A stretch of DNA of 18,277 bases. Origin: a virus (Duplodnaviria; Heunggongvirae; Uroviricota; Caudoviricetes). A program made the translations under genes and the position numbers. The stretch lies in the IMG/VR virus record IMGVR_UViG_3300031993_006620; one strand, given 5' to 3'. Shown here piece by piece: positions 1 to 8,004 of this stretch; within the stretch, counting starts at the first letter, position 1, and each line of letters opens with the position of its first letter. The notes below the pieces were generated by a model. It saw only the letters and a program-made list of their open reading frames with translations. It searched no databases and had not been told where the DNA came from.

Positions 1-372
1 ATGATTCTGAAGGCAACCAAGAAACCCGTCACGGTCGATTGCGTCAAGTGGGACGGCACTAACAATGACGAGATCACCAATTTCTGCGGCAAGGACAACT
101 GCTCGTTCGAGCTGGACACCCACGCGTACGACGCCGGCGTCGCGCCACCGAGATGGAACCTCACCATCCACACTCTCGAAGGGGACCACTTTGCCCTGGA
201 AGGCGACTATATCATCAAGGGGGTCAAAGGGGAGTTCTATCCGTGCAAGCCGGACATCTTCGAGCAGACCTACAACATACACAGCCCGGACGGCAAGATG
301 TCGACAAATCCAGCCGTGGGGGCGATAGCATCGCTGTTGAAGATAATGCACAAAGTGTTTTTCACCAAGTAG
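1..372 (+). CDS. Conserved phage hypothetical protein (KKPV...TLEG...GDYIIKGVKGEFYPCKPDIF family)
   Basis: 123-aa ORF. Motifs KKPVTVDCVKW, TLEG and GDYIIKGVKGEFYPCKPDIFEQTY match a widespread small phage protein family of unknown function. Confidence 0.85.
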   Translation: MILKATKKPVTVDCVKWDGTNNDEITNFCGKDNCSFELDTHAYDAGVAPPRWNLTIHTLEGDHFALEGDYIIKGVKGEFYPCKPDIFEQTYNIHSPDGKMSTNPAVGAIASLLKIMHKVFFTK

Positions 373-379
373 GCCGGAC

Positions 380-817
380 ATGAAACATCTACTGATAAAG
401 TTCTTCAAGTGGATAGACCTGATGTTCAGGCCGCTACTAGATTTGGACAGATGGTCATCGTGGATTTTCCTTACCCTGTATGCATGCCTGTTTACCTGTG
501 CCTTTGCTGTGTTGTGCGAACCGTACCGCCATGGCATACTTACCCTTACTACCTGCTGGGTGATCGGTATCGCGATCGCGGTTTCCAATGGAATATCCTG
601 CTATTTTATGTATAAAGGCTTTAAACGCGGGCCGAGCAAAACCGGCCGGGTAGATGCCGGCATATGGTATACGGCCGCCATAGCGTTATCGGTCGTTTTA
701 GACATTACGTGCATTCTTTGGATATTAACGATCGTTATCGTCAAGATAATTCATTATCCGGTGACCGGACTCATAAAATGGCTATCAGAGGCGGATATAG
801 ACATTGAAAAGCATTAG
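380..817 (+). CDS. Hypothetical integral membrane protein (3-4 TM helices)
   Basis: 145 aa, starts 7 nt after the upstream stop, and has three to four long hydrophobic segments. Confidence 0.7.
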   Translation: MKHLLIKFFKWIDLMFRPLLDLDRWSSWIFLTLYACLFTCAFAVLCEPYRHGILTLTTCWVIGIAIAVSNGISCYFMYKGFKRGPSKTGRVDAGIWYTAAIALSVVLDITCILWILTIVIVKIIHYPVTGLIKWLSEADIDIEKH

Positions 818-833
818 AAACCAAGGGTCGCGG

Positions 834-1181
834 GTGTTGACGGCAGAAATGGCCAGAATGCTCGCCGAATGCAACAAGAAGAACTACATGTTCAAGATGC
901 CCGCCTGCTACAAGCGGTTGTTCAATGATGCGATGAAGGCCATCTACGAAACAGCCGCGTCCGGCAAGCACTCCGTCGAGCTAATTCATCCGATCACTTG
1001 CAAGTCGCGTAAAACAATGGACCGGTTCAGGCAGATGCTCGGCTACCTCGGCTACGAGGTAACCAAGTGCGGTTTCATGAACCACCCCTCGTTCATATCC
1101 GAGGCGTTCGTGCTGAAGCTGAAGTGGGGAGAGGACCCGGTGGCGAAGAAGGCCAAAAAACTTCGAATGGAGGACCGCTAG
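834..1181 (+). CDS. Hypothetical phage protein
   Basis: Start revised to GTG 834 (AAGGGT SD-like at 823-828), 115 aa. The LTAEMAR...AASG...LGYEV pattern resembles common small phage proteins. Confidence 0.7.
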   Translation: MLTAEMARMLAECNKKNYMFKMPACYKRLFNDAMKAIYETAASGKHSVELIHPITCKSRKTMDRFRQMLGYLGYEVTKCGFMNHPSFISEAFVLKLKWGEDPVAKKAKKLRMEDR

Positions 1182-1182
1182 A

Positions 1183-1281
1183 ATGCTGAAGGACATATTG
1201 AACGAGTGGATGGACGAAATCGTCGCCCATCCTTTCATATCCGCCATAGCGTTTTCAATCGGTTGGTTTGCCAACCTGTAG
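1183..1281 (+). CDS. Small 32-aa hydrophobic peptide (not in ORF track)
   Basis: ATG 1183 follows GGAGGA (1169-1174) and lies 1 nt after the upstream stop. Translation MLKDILNEWMDEIVAHPFISAIAFSIGWFANL*. Confidence 0.65.
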   Translation: MLKDILNEWMDEIVAHPFISAIAFSIGWFANL

Positions 1282-1354
1282 GCGGAAATCTAAATTTGAT
1301 CAATCAGTATTTGCAGGCTCCATCCGCGAGCCGGCGACAAATCACGGAGGACAT

Positions 1355-2899
1355 ATGGCACCCAGAGTGAAAATCTACGAAGAAAATGAACTCTTCCACG
1401 CAGGCGAATATCTCAAGGTTCTTGAGGGTTCGTCCCATCAGCCCGAGGAAAACGTCCTCAGGATTATTAAGGAGCTGTTTACTCTTCGTAAGGCGGCCAT
1501 CGCGTCCAAGTACGCGACACTCACCTTTACGGGCATGGTGTGCGACACCCAAGCAACTCTGGAAGTCTTTTTCCACGACCGCCATCGCAGCAGATGGCAG
1601 ATTACCGTGACGGCTTACGTCGGCGACTACAAGAAGAGCATCGAGGATATCGAATACTGCCTCAGCATCGGGTTCCCGGACTTTATGGATTGGGTCAAGA
1701 GTGTCATCCCCTACAAGAGGAACCTTCCGTTGGAACCGGGGCAGAACGCAGCTCCCGAACTTTGGTACGAGACCGAACCCGGCAAGAAGTTCATATCGCA
1801 GATGAAGGAAATCGGATTCGTCTCTAACTTGGATAGCAAGTATGGATATTACACTCCACTGGAGTTGGGCAAGAAGGCGCACGACAAGCTCGTTCCGCTC
1901 GTGTACAACGACGACCTCGGGCACTTCCGCCTTGCCGACCCCGATCATGATGTGAACGGATCTGTCGGTATCAAGATGAACGGAAAGGAGGCGAGAGTTT
2001 GGTTATATACAAGCGTGTCGGTAATTATGGAAAAACAGTTCAACAGTCCGATCCACATATTTGACCCTGACGCCGGTATGGAACCGGACAAGTTCGTCGA
2101 GGAAGTGAAGAAACTCTTGAAGTTCAACGAAGACCGTATCGACAAGATTGCCGCAGATAACGGCGGTCTCACTTGGAAAGGAATCGACTTCTCTACTCAG
2201 TGTCACGACAAGTGCGCCCGTCCGGAAGGTTTCACTAAGCTTCCTAAAAAAGACCGAGACCGAATCAACGAGCACTTGGCGAAGTTCAACGATAAGCGTT
2301 TGAGCGAATATGACGAGTTTTTCAAGAAATCCAAGTTCGCCAACCTCTACAACTATATCAAGGAACATGGGGAAATATCACTATACCCCAGCCAGTACGG
2401 AAACGAGCACCACATCGAGTTCAGGATTCCGCTCGTCCTTGAAGAGCCGATTAACTACGGGGAAAGTTTCAAGGCACACAACGTCTCGATTACCGGCGGC
2501 ATCTACGTCAAAGACAAACAATATGAAAGCTGGTCGGGCGTCAAGTACTATCCGGATTCCGTCAGAATACATATACCGGTCTGCTACTACACCGACAAAG
2601 GCGATTTCGCAAGCTGGGAGGAGGCCATTGCCGCCGGTAGCAATACTGAATACGGCGGAGCTTGCTATATCGATGGATGCAAGGTTCCTCGCGGCAAAAG
2701 CACTTTCTCTAGTCTCTACTTCAACCAACACTGGAACGACACTTCGTACATCAGCGACGAAGAGTTGAAACGCTTCGAATACATCCTTATGAACGTCAAG
2801 GAAGACTACGGGCGGTACCTCGTCGCCTGCCATTTGATCGAACCCGGACGCATTCTTAAACAGGAAGTATTAAAACAATCGAGCGTGGCTGGATTTTAA
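1355..2899 (+). CDS. Large hypothetical protein (514 aa)
   Basis: Long ORF. Start revised to ATG 1355 behind GGAGG (1346-1350). No family recognised. Confidence 0.8.
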   Translation: MAPRVKIYEENELFHAGEYLKVLEGSSHQPEENVLRIIKELFTLRKAAIASKYATLTFTGMVCDTQATLEVFFHDRHRSRWQITVTAYVGDYKKSIEDIEYCLSIGFPDFMDWVKSVIPYKRNLPLEPGQNAAPELWYETEPGKKFISQMKEIGFVSNLDSKYGYYTPLELGKKAHDKLVPLVYNDDLGHFRLADPDHDVNGSVGIKMNGKEARVWLYTSVSVIMEKQFNSPIHIFDPDAGMEPDKFVEEVKKLLKFNEDRIDKIAADNGGLTWKGIDFSTQCHDKCARPEGFTKLPKKDRDRINEHLAKFNDKRLSEYDEFFKKSKFANLYNYIKEHGEISLYPSQYGNEHHIEFRIPLVLEEPINYGESFKAHNVSITGGIYVKDKQYESWSGVKYYPDSVRIHIPVCYYTDKGDFASWEEAIAAGSNTEYGGACYIDGCKVPRGKSTFSSLYFNQHWNDTSYISDEELKRFEYILMNVKEDYGRYLVACHLIEPGRILKQEVLKQSSVAGF

Positions 2900-2981
2900 C
2901 CAACATCTGAGTCCAATAAGGATATTCCGCACTCTCCTACAGTATTTAACTGCATTAACACTTGTGCTACACGCTCAACTG

Positions 2982-3455
2982 TCATTGGGACTGCTTGCGG
3001 TTCCAGTCGTCTATCCTAGATTTTAGGTTCACCTTCGCCAGTAAGACCGAGTCGACGTGCTTGCTCTTCTTTCCTATATCCTTTTCAGGACAGTTGGGGA
3101 GGAATCCGTCTGTAACGCATTTGAACCGGTAGTTGTCCGTGTTGAACAATACCTCGATATGGAAGCAGGAAAGCCAGCCTTCAATGCTGGTCTTGCCGCA
3201 TTTGATGTCAGTGCAACCGTTCTCCAAGAGAAACTGCTTCAGCAGCTTGCGCTCCTCCTTGGTGACGGGCAACTGTTTGCGCATCCTCTTCCAGGTCTCG
3301 ATCGGGACGGCAAGTCCCTCGACAATCATATGCGCTGTGTAACCGATGCCGTCGGCGCAGTTCTCGCTGACATTGACGATGGCCTTATCTATGGCCTCGG
3401 ATTCGGAATCCGCCTCGATCGACATCGTCCTCGTGTAAGTAACTTCGTATTTCAT
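2982..3455 (-). CDS. Hypothetical protein with N-terminal IEADSESEA module
   Basis: 157 aa with AAGGAG SD upstream. Last gene of a leftward operon. Confidence 0.75.
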   Translation of the reverse strand: MKYEVTYTRTMSIEADSESEAIDKAIVNVSENCADGIGYTAHMIVEGLAVPIETWKRMRKQLPVTKEERKLLKQFLLENGCTDIKCGKTSIEGWLSCFHIEVLFNTDNYRFKCVTDGFLPNCPEKDIGKKSKHVDSVLLAKVNLKSRIDDWNRKQSQ

Positions 3456-3488
3456 ATAGCTTCCAGCTCCTTGATTTAGTCGAGTATT

Positions 3489-3677
3489 TTATTTTCTGGA
3501 CCTGCGTACCAAATCTAGCACATACTCCCTGCTGTGCTGATGGAACGCCGACGTGAACAGCTCGTCGTCCCAATGCGAGCACGCAAACCGCATTATGGCC
3601 AGCGTTGTATACCATGACGGATAATGGCGCCTGCGCCACACGCGTTTCAGCCGGGAAATCAATATTCTGAGCCTCAT
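3489..3677 (-). CDS. Small hypothetical protein (62 aa)
   Basis: Start revised to ATG 3677, which overlaps the upstream stop as ATGA (3674-3677). Confidence 0.6.
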   Translation of the reverse strand: MRLRILISRLKRVWRRRHYPSWYTTLAIMRFACSHWDDELFTSAFHQHSREYVLDLVRRSRK

Positions 3678-4366
3678 TTGTTTTCCTTGTCGTAGTGTTC
3701 GCAAATCGCGAGCTGCCTGCCCATTTCTTCCTCGTCGAACAGTTTGACCGAGGCCCGAGTAATTATATGCGGGTTGGTTCTGTTCGCTACGAAATGCTCG
3801 GGATTGATGTCGTGATTGTTGCAACACGAGTCCTTCCACGCGATTACCTTAGCCTCGTTCTCGGACCGGGCCCGTACATTCACGAACATAGTCTTCTTGC
3901 AGGTATCATCAACGTACTGCACATTCCACACGTCGTAATCGGGGTCGTTGAAGTAGGAAATCTGGATCTTGCCCGACCCCCAGTCGCAGTTCGCTCCTAT
4001 GTTTAGATTTGCGTCGACGCTGATTTGGATCATTCGGTTGGCGAACCGCTCAAGAGGAAGCTCGGCGTAATCCATACGGCCCATATCGATGATGCCGTCC
4101 CGCCGGGTCTCGACAATCAGGACTCCGTCCTTTATCCTGACATGGCAGTAGATACCGCAGTCGATACAACCCGGTGTATGCCAGTCAAGCTCGAACACGG
4201 GTAGCGACAGCGCGTATTCCTCGCCGAAAACCCACGACGGGCATTCCAAAATCTCGGGCGCGTCGGGCCATTTCTTCTTGTCGTAATAGGACGGGAGTGT
4301 TTTCTGGTAGAGAGTGTTGTTGCACTGCTTCTGCATCGCCCGATATTCGGTATCGTTGTCAATCAT
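3674..4366 (-). CDS. Hypothetical protein (230 aa)
   Basis: Start revised to ATG 4366 with AGAGGG SD, 1 nt after the stop of the upstream gene. Confidence 0.75.
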   Translation of the reverse strand: MIDNDTEYRAMQKQCNNTLYQKTLPSYYDKKKWPDAPEILECPSWVFGEEYALSLPVFELDWHTPGCIDCGIYCHVRIKDGVLIVETRRDGIIDMGRMDYAELPLERFANRMIQISVDANLNIGANCDWGSGKIQISYFNDPDYDVWNVQYVDDTCKKTMFVNVRARSENEAKVIAWKDSCCNNHDINPEHFVANRTNPHIITRASVKLFDEEEMGRQLAICEHYDKENK

Positions 4367-4367
4367 A

Positions 4368-4751
4368 TTAATCCCTCTTTTCTGTTTCGCCTGTCGTGGC
4401 AGAACTGTCCAGCACAATGGACTTCATGTATTCAACCAGGACCTTGGCGATATGTTCAGGCGAGTCGTTCGGGTCTATGTCCAGATTGCCGATATGTTTC
4501 CATTCGTACACACTGGTGTCCCAATGGCGCACCTCGCCGTTCTCGACTGTAATCGAGTTGATGTATATCGTGTCACCGCCCGATGTCTTCACCGGCATAG
4601 TCGGAAAACTGAGTCCAACAATAGCCGGGTGTTCTTTATCAACGTTGATGGACACCGACCCCTCGAACAATATTGGAAGTCCGAACTCCTTCTTCGTATT
4701 GTAGAACATGAGGTCCAGGTTCGTTCGCTTCTCTTCTATGGTGTATTCCAT
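4368..4751 (-). CDS. Hypothetical protein (127 aa)
   Basis: Start revised to ATG 4751 (MEYTIEE) with GGAG SD, downstream of the promoter motif at 4797-4806. Confidence 0.75.
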   Translation of the reverse strand: MEYTIEEKRTNLDLMFYNTKKEFGLPILFEGSVSINVDKEHPAIVGLSFPTMPVKTSGGDTIYINSITVENGEVRHWDTSVYEWKHIGNLDIDPNDSPEHIAKVLVEYMKSIVLDSSATTGETEKRD

Positions 4752-4796
4752 TAGCTTTCTCCGTGCTGGGCTCGCTTGACAGGTTTTCTCTCCGAC

Positions 4797-4829
4797 AATA
4801 TAGCATTTCAAACCAAGATATGCTATAAT
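4797..4829. promoter_or_regulatory. Back-to-back divergent extended -10 promoters
   Basis: ATGCTATATT on - strand (4797-4806) and ATGCTATAAT on + strand (4820-4829), between divergent genes. Fits the TGnTATAAT consensus. Confidence 0.75.
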
Positions 4830-4856
4830 ATGGACACCAAACCACCGTAATTCCAT

Positions 4857-5372
4857 ATGATAAAATCGACACTAGCATCTCCGGAAGCGCTCAGGGACTT
4901 CATAAAGGACCAGGCCCGCAAGTACGGCGCCGACAAGGTCACCCTCAACTACGGTTACAGGCACACACTCATATACAACTTCTATATGTTCCAGTTCCTG
5001 TTCCTAGTGAACCACAATATGTCCGTGGCGGACAGCGAGACGGCCAAGTACGAGCTTTCCCCCAAGCCGGTCACGCTGTTCGAGATCAAATCGCTCGACC
5101 CGACCGGCAATCACTTGTCGGCTGGCATCGGCATAGAATCTGGATTCTACGACTGGAATGACGGCGACGCCGTCGTGGATAGAATAATCAAGTCGCCCGA
5201 GTACAGGAAGGACGGCACCATAAAGTCGCCGGACATCATTCACGGAACCACTACGGTGCTTCTGCAGTTGGACAACGACGAGAAGCTGGACACGTGGTGC
5301 AAGGTCGCCTTCAAGCACGTCATACAGGGGTGGGAGGACGGCCGGTGCCCTCTCGAGTCGGAAACCGAATAA
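4857..5372 (+). CDS. Hypothetical protein (171 aa)
   Basis: ORF directly downstream of the + strand promoter motif. No family recognised. Confidence 0.75.
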   Translation: MIKSTLASPEALRDFIKDQARKYGADKVTLNYGYRHTLIYNFYMFQFLFLVNHNMSVADSETAKYELSPKPVTLFEIKSLDPTGNHLSAGIGIESGFYDWNDGDAVVDRIIKSPEYRKDGTIKSPDIIHGTTTVLLQLDNDEKLDTWCKVAFKHVIQGWEDGRCPLESETE

Positions 5373-5373
5373 T

Positions 5374-5841
5374 ATGGCTAGGAACCGCAAGCTGGCTGGT
5401 TCCATTATGGATGCCAACTTCGGTCGAATCCACGAACAACTTGAGTATAAATGTAAGTGGAATAATATCCAGTTAGTGAAGGCTCCGCAATTCTATCCGT
5501 CTAGCCAGATATGCTCTGAATGCGGTTGCTTCCAAAAGAAAGATTTGAAACTCACCGACCGTGAATGGACTTGTCCGCACTGTGGATGCCATCATGACCG
5601 AGATGTAAATGCTGCCAGAAACCTTCGGTTTTATGGCTTGTGGCTGTACGGCTTCGTGCAGTCCACTCCTACGGCGAGATACGCCGCTAACGCTTGCCTC
5701 GACGGTAAATGCCGTAGGGAAGGTAATGGCTCCGAGCCATACCCCAGAGACTTGAGGTTGCAGTTCTTTGAAACACAAGAACAGTGCAAGTCGCTGAAGC
5801 AAGAAATCACTAATACATATTTAATTGGTAGAAATGTGTAG
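5374..5841 (+). pseudogene. tnpB: 5'-truncated TnpB (IS200/IS605 or IS607 family): Zn finger + RuvC-III + C-terminal tail
   Basis: KLAGSIMDANF...LEYK, PSSQICSECG...WTCPHCG and HDRDVNAARNL are TnpB C-terminal signatures. The ORF starts just after where the RuvC-II EDL motif should be, and the HTH/WED/RuvC-I regions are absent. Confidence 0.9.
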
Positions 5842-5860
5842 AAATGATTTATCGGAACAG
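5660..5860 (+). ncRNA. Candidate TnpB omega-RNA scaffold
   Basis: Stems CCTACGGC/GCCGTAGG, ATGGCT/AGCCAT and TACATATTT/AAATGTGTA overlap the tnpB 3' end, where omega-RNAs are known to be encoded. Boundaries are approximate. Confidence 0.5.
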
Positions 5861-6191
5861 CCTGGATGTGATATGTTCGGAACCGGTGCAATGGGTGTCC
5901 GAGTATCGCGTCCCCGTGGTCCACGGAAAGATCCTGGACTGGTGCCATTACGACGGCGACCCCGGTATCATGGTCGACAAGGGTGAAGTCGAGCGCATGG
6001 TGCGCGACTATGTTTTAGCTCCATGGGCATACTGCATCGACGTCGGAGTGCTGGGTACCGGGGAGACCGCGCTCGTGGAAGTGAACGACGCTTTCAGCGT
6101 CGGGATGTACTCTATGAGCCCCGTGGTCTACGGCGACCTGCTGACGACCAGGTGGCAACAGCTGACCTTCGGGGAATCGTCTGGCCAGTAA
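5844..6191 (+). pseudogene. C-terminal half of an ATP-grasp protein (DUF4343/R2K-like)
   Basis: CSEPVQWVSEYR, AYCIDVGV and LVEVNDAFSVG...RWQQL match the ATP-grasp C-terminal lobe. The N-terminal half is missing. Confidence 0.7.
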
Positions 6192-6200
6192 CTATCCGGT

Positions 6201-6476
6201 TCAGTCTTTCGACAGCTTCCGCACCATCTCCACCACGTCCTCGTATCGGACGTACAGCCCGTCCCTGCACTTGTGCATGCTGGAAAGCGTATGTGGTTTA
6301 ATTCCAAACAGCTTGTCACCTACCACGTTACAGACCTGCGGATCGTAACGGGCGAGCCTCTTCACGCGCTCATCGAGCTCGGCGATGATAGATGACGCGT
6401 AGAACGAGCGCCAGAAGTTCTTGGGTAGCTTGGGTAGCTTCACGTCTTCAGGAACGAGTTCGGTATCGGTCGCCAT
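6201..6476 (-). CDS. Small hypothetical phage protein (91 aa)
   Basis: GAGGT SD. RYD...M...DGLYVRYEDV motif is typical of small phage proteins. Contains a 9-bp tandem TTGGGTAGC x2 (LPKLPK). Confidence 0.75.
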   Translation of the reverse strand: MATDTELVPEDVKLPKLPKNFWRSFYASSIIAELDERVKRLARYDPQVCNVVGDKLFGIKPHTLSSMHKCRDGLYVRYEDVVEMVRKLSKD

Positions 6477-6497
6477 AGAATTACCTCTAGTAGTTGA
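6445..6497. repeat. Direct repeat copy 1 (53 bp)
   Basis: 48/53 identical to 7952-8004 with a perfect 30-bp core (6451-6480 = 7958-7987). Confidence 0.95.
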
Positions 6498-7863
6498 TGG
6501 CCTCTTCCGGCGTGAGGAAGCCGTGGATTCCGGAAGCGCAGTCGTTGTCGGTCGTGTCGAATCCGTACTTGGGCTTGACGATTTTGCCGACCTTGTACTT
6601 GAAGTTATGGTCGTGGATGGAGCGGACTGTCGTGAAGATGTCCGGCTCGTACGGCGTCGCCGAGAGTTTGCCGTTGTCGATGGCGTAGAACTGGGTCACG
6701 ACGGCCTCGCTGACGCGGATCTTGCCCGACGCGAAGTCGACGTGGCGTTCGGCGTTACGAGGCACTTCGAGCTTGGCGATGATGTTCGCCGCCTTGCTGA
6801 TTCCGTATGTGTGGAAGAACGCATTGAGCTTGGAATATATACGCACTTTCTTGTAGAGGGTCAGCGGGTTGAAATTGCCGTAGCCGACCGACTTGGTCGG
6901 GAACAGGTTGAGGTTTTCGCTCGTACAGTTCTCTAGGTCGCGTGGGTTCCGGAAGATGCACTTGTTGCAATCCATCTTGACAATGTTGGACGCCACGTCC
7001 GCGTAGAGCAACTTGACTATGCTGTTGGTCACGCGGACTCTATCGAGCTTCGAGTTGATTGCGTTGAAGTGTACTACGGAGCTATCGATGTGAATCGGTT
7101 CGCCGATTTCGCAGTTAGTGAAGTACAGAGCGTTTCCGGGGTAGCCGGAATGCATACCGTTTATGTAGAACCGGTTGTAGGTGAGCACTTCGCCCAGTAC
7201 GCCGGTTATCTTGCAGTCGGCGAACGAGACCTTGCAAGAGTCGTCGATCGAGAAATACTTCGGCACGCCGTCCGCTTTCACCACCTCGACGACGGGGAAG
7301 CTGTTGACCGTCAAGTGAAGCAGTTCGTTATAGCCGAGACCTTCCAGACGGCAGGACGACGCCTTGGCATCGGACGCGACGAACACCGCGTCCCTGCCGT
7401 TACAGTTGACGAAGCCCAAGTGTTTCTTGGTGCGGATGGTCGCGCCGTCGAAGAACTTGCAGCTCTTGAAGACGCAGTTCTCGCCGAGACATAGGCTCGC
7501 GCCGGTGTGCGACTTCGGGTTCGCCTTGTCCAGCATAGTGTAGAACTGGCAGCGTTGGAACTGAATAACCCACATCGAGTCCTTGTCGCCGTCGAGTGAA
7601 CCCTTGAGAAGGGTCAGATATGTGCCGGTTTCCGGGTGGTGTTGTTTCGTCAGGGCGGAAACGTCGAACTGGCAGTCGTAGACGGTCAGTACGTTGGCCG
7701 ATACTAGGAAATTGACCCCTTCCTTGGACAGGTAATCGTAATCCTTCACAAACTTGTATTCGCCGTTCTTTACGATAAAGTCGGCCAGTGCCTCGTATGA
7801 CGGCGGGGTGACGAGCGTGTACGCGTTGTCCTTATCGAGCCTTATCAGCTTCTTTTTCGACAT
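6487..7863 (-). CDS. 458-aa protein: beta-strand/repeat-rich N-terminal region plus DUF5758-like C-terminal domain
   Basis: C-terminus LYKKV...IIAKLEVP...VRSIHDHNFKYKVGKIV...DCASGIHGFLTPEEAINY resembles the DUF5758 domain seen in phage pentapeptide-repeat proteins. Has its own promoter and GAGG SD. Confidence 0.75.
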   Translation of the reverse strand: MSKKKLIRLDKDNAYTLVTPPSYEALADFIVKNGEYKFVKDYDYLSKEGVNFLVSANVLTVYDCQFDVSALTKQHHPETGTYLTLLKGSLDGDKDSMWVIQFQRCQFYTMLDKANPKSHTGASLCLGENCVFKSCKFFDGATIRTKKHLGFVNCNGRDAVFVASDAKASSCRLEGLGYNELLHLTVNSFPVVEVVKADGVPKYFSIDDSCKVSFADCKITGVLGEVLTYNRFYINGMHSGYPGNALYFTNCEIGEPIHIDSSVVHFNAINSKLDRVRVTNSIVKLLYADVASNIVKMDCNKCIFRNPRDLENCTSENLNLFPTKSVGYGNFNPLTLYKKVRIYSKLNAFFHTYGISKAANIIAKLEVPRNAERHVDFASGKIRVSEAVVTQFYAIDNGKLSATPYEPDIFTTVRSIHDHNFKYKVGKIVKPKYGFDTTDNDCASGIHGFLTPEEAINY

Positions 7864-7882
7864 ATATCCTCTGTTTTCTTTA

Positions 7883-7892
7883 AATATAGCAA
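7883..7892 (-). promoter_or_regulatory. TTGCTATATT extended -10 promoter
   Basis: Exact motif, 19 nt upstream of ATG 7863, with an SD in between. Confidence 0.75.
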
Positions 7893-7947
7893 TCCGTGTT
7901 GAGTTTGTAACTGTATACGCTATATTTCTTTTTGGTGTATAAACATT

Positions 7948-7983
7948 TTACTCTTCTGGAACGAGTTCGGTATCGGTCGCCAT
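7948..7983 (-). pseudogene. 11-codon duplicated gene start MATDTELVPEE*
   Basis: Same SD and first ten residues as 6201..6476, followed by TAA. Confidence 0.8.
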
Positions 7984-8004
7984 AGAACTACCTCCAGTGG
8001 TCGA
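7952..8004. repeat. Direct repeat copy 2 (53 bp)
   Basis: Partner of 6445-6497. The copies are 1507 bp apart. Confidence 0.95.

Larger units (their letters stand above)
5374..5860 (+). mobile_element. Right-end remnant of a TnpB-encoding insertion sequence
   Basis: TnpB fragment followed by hairpins at 5668-5718, 5726-5740 and 5814-5840. The end near 5860 is inferred from where ATP-grasp homology begins. Confidence 0.7.

Noticed and set aside
1304-2833. Several minus-strand and alternative-frame ORFs inside the 514-aa gene
   Set aside because: Fully nested shadows with no SD or motif support.
2900-2981. Expected terminator between convergent operons
   Set aside because: No convincing GC stem with a U-tract on either strand.
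6421-6440. 9-bp tandem repeat TTGGGTAGC x2
   Set aside because: In-frame LPK duplication with only two copies. Not an array or a plausible slippage switch.
6421-7494. Plus-strand ORFs of 171 and 141 aa
   Set aside because: Antisense to the 458-aa gene. They reflect GC-rich third positions.
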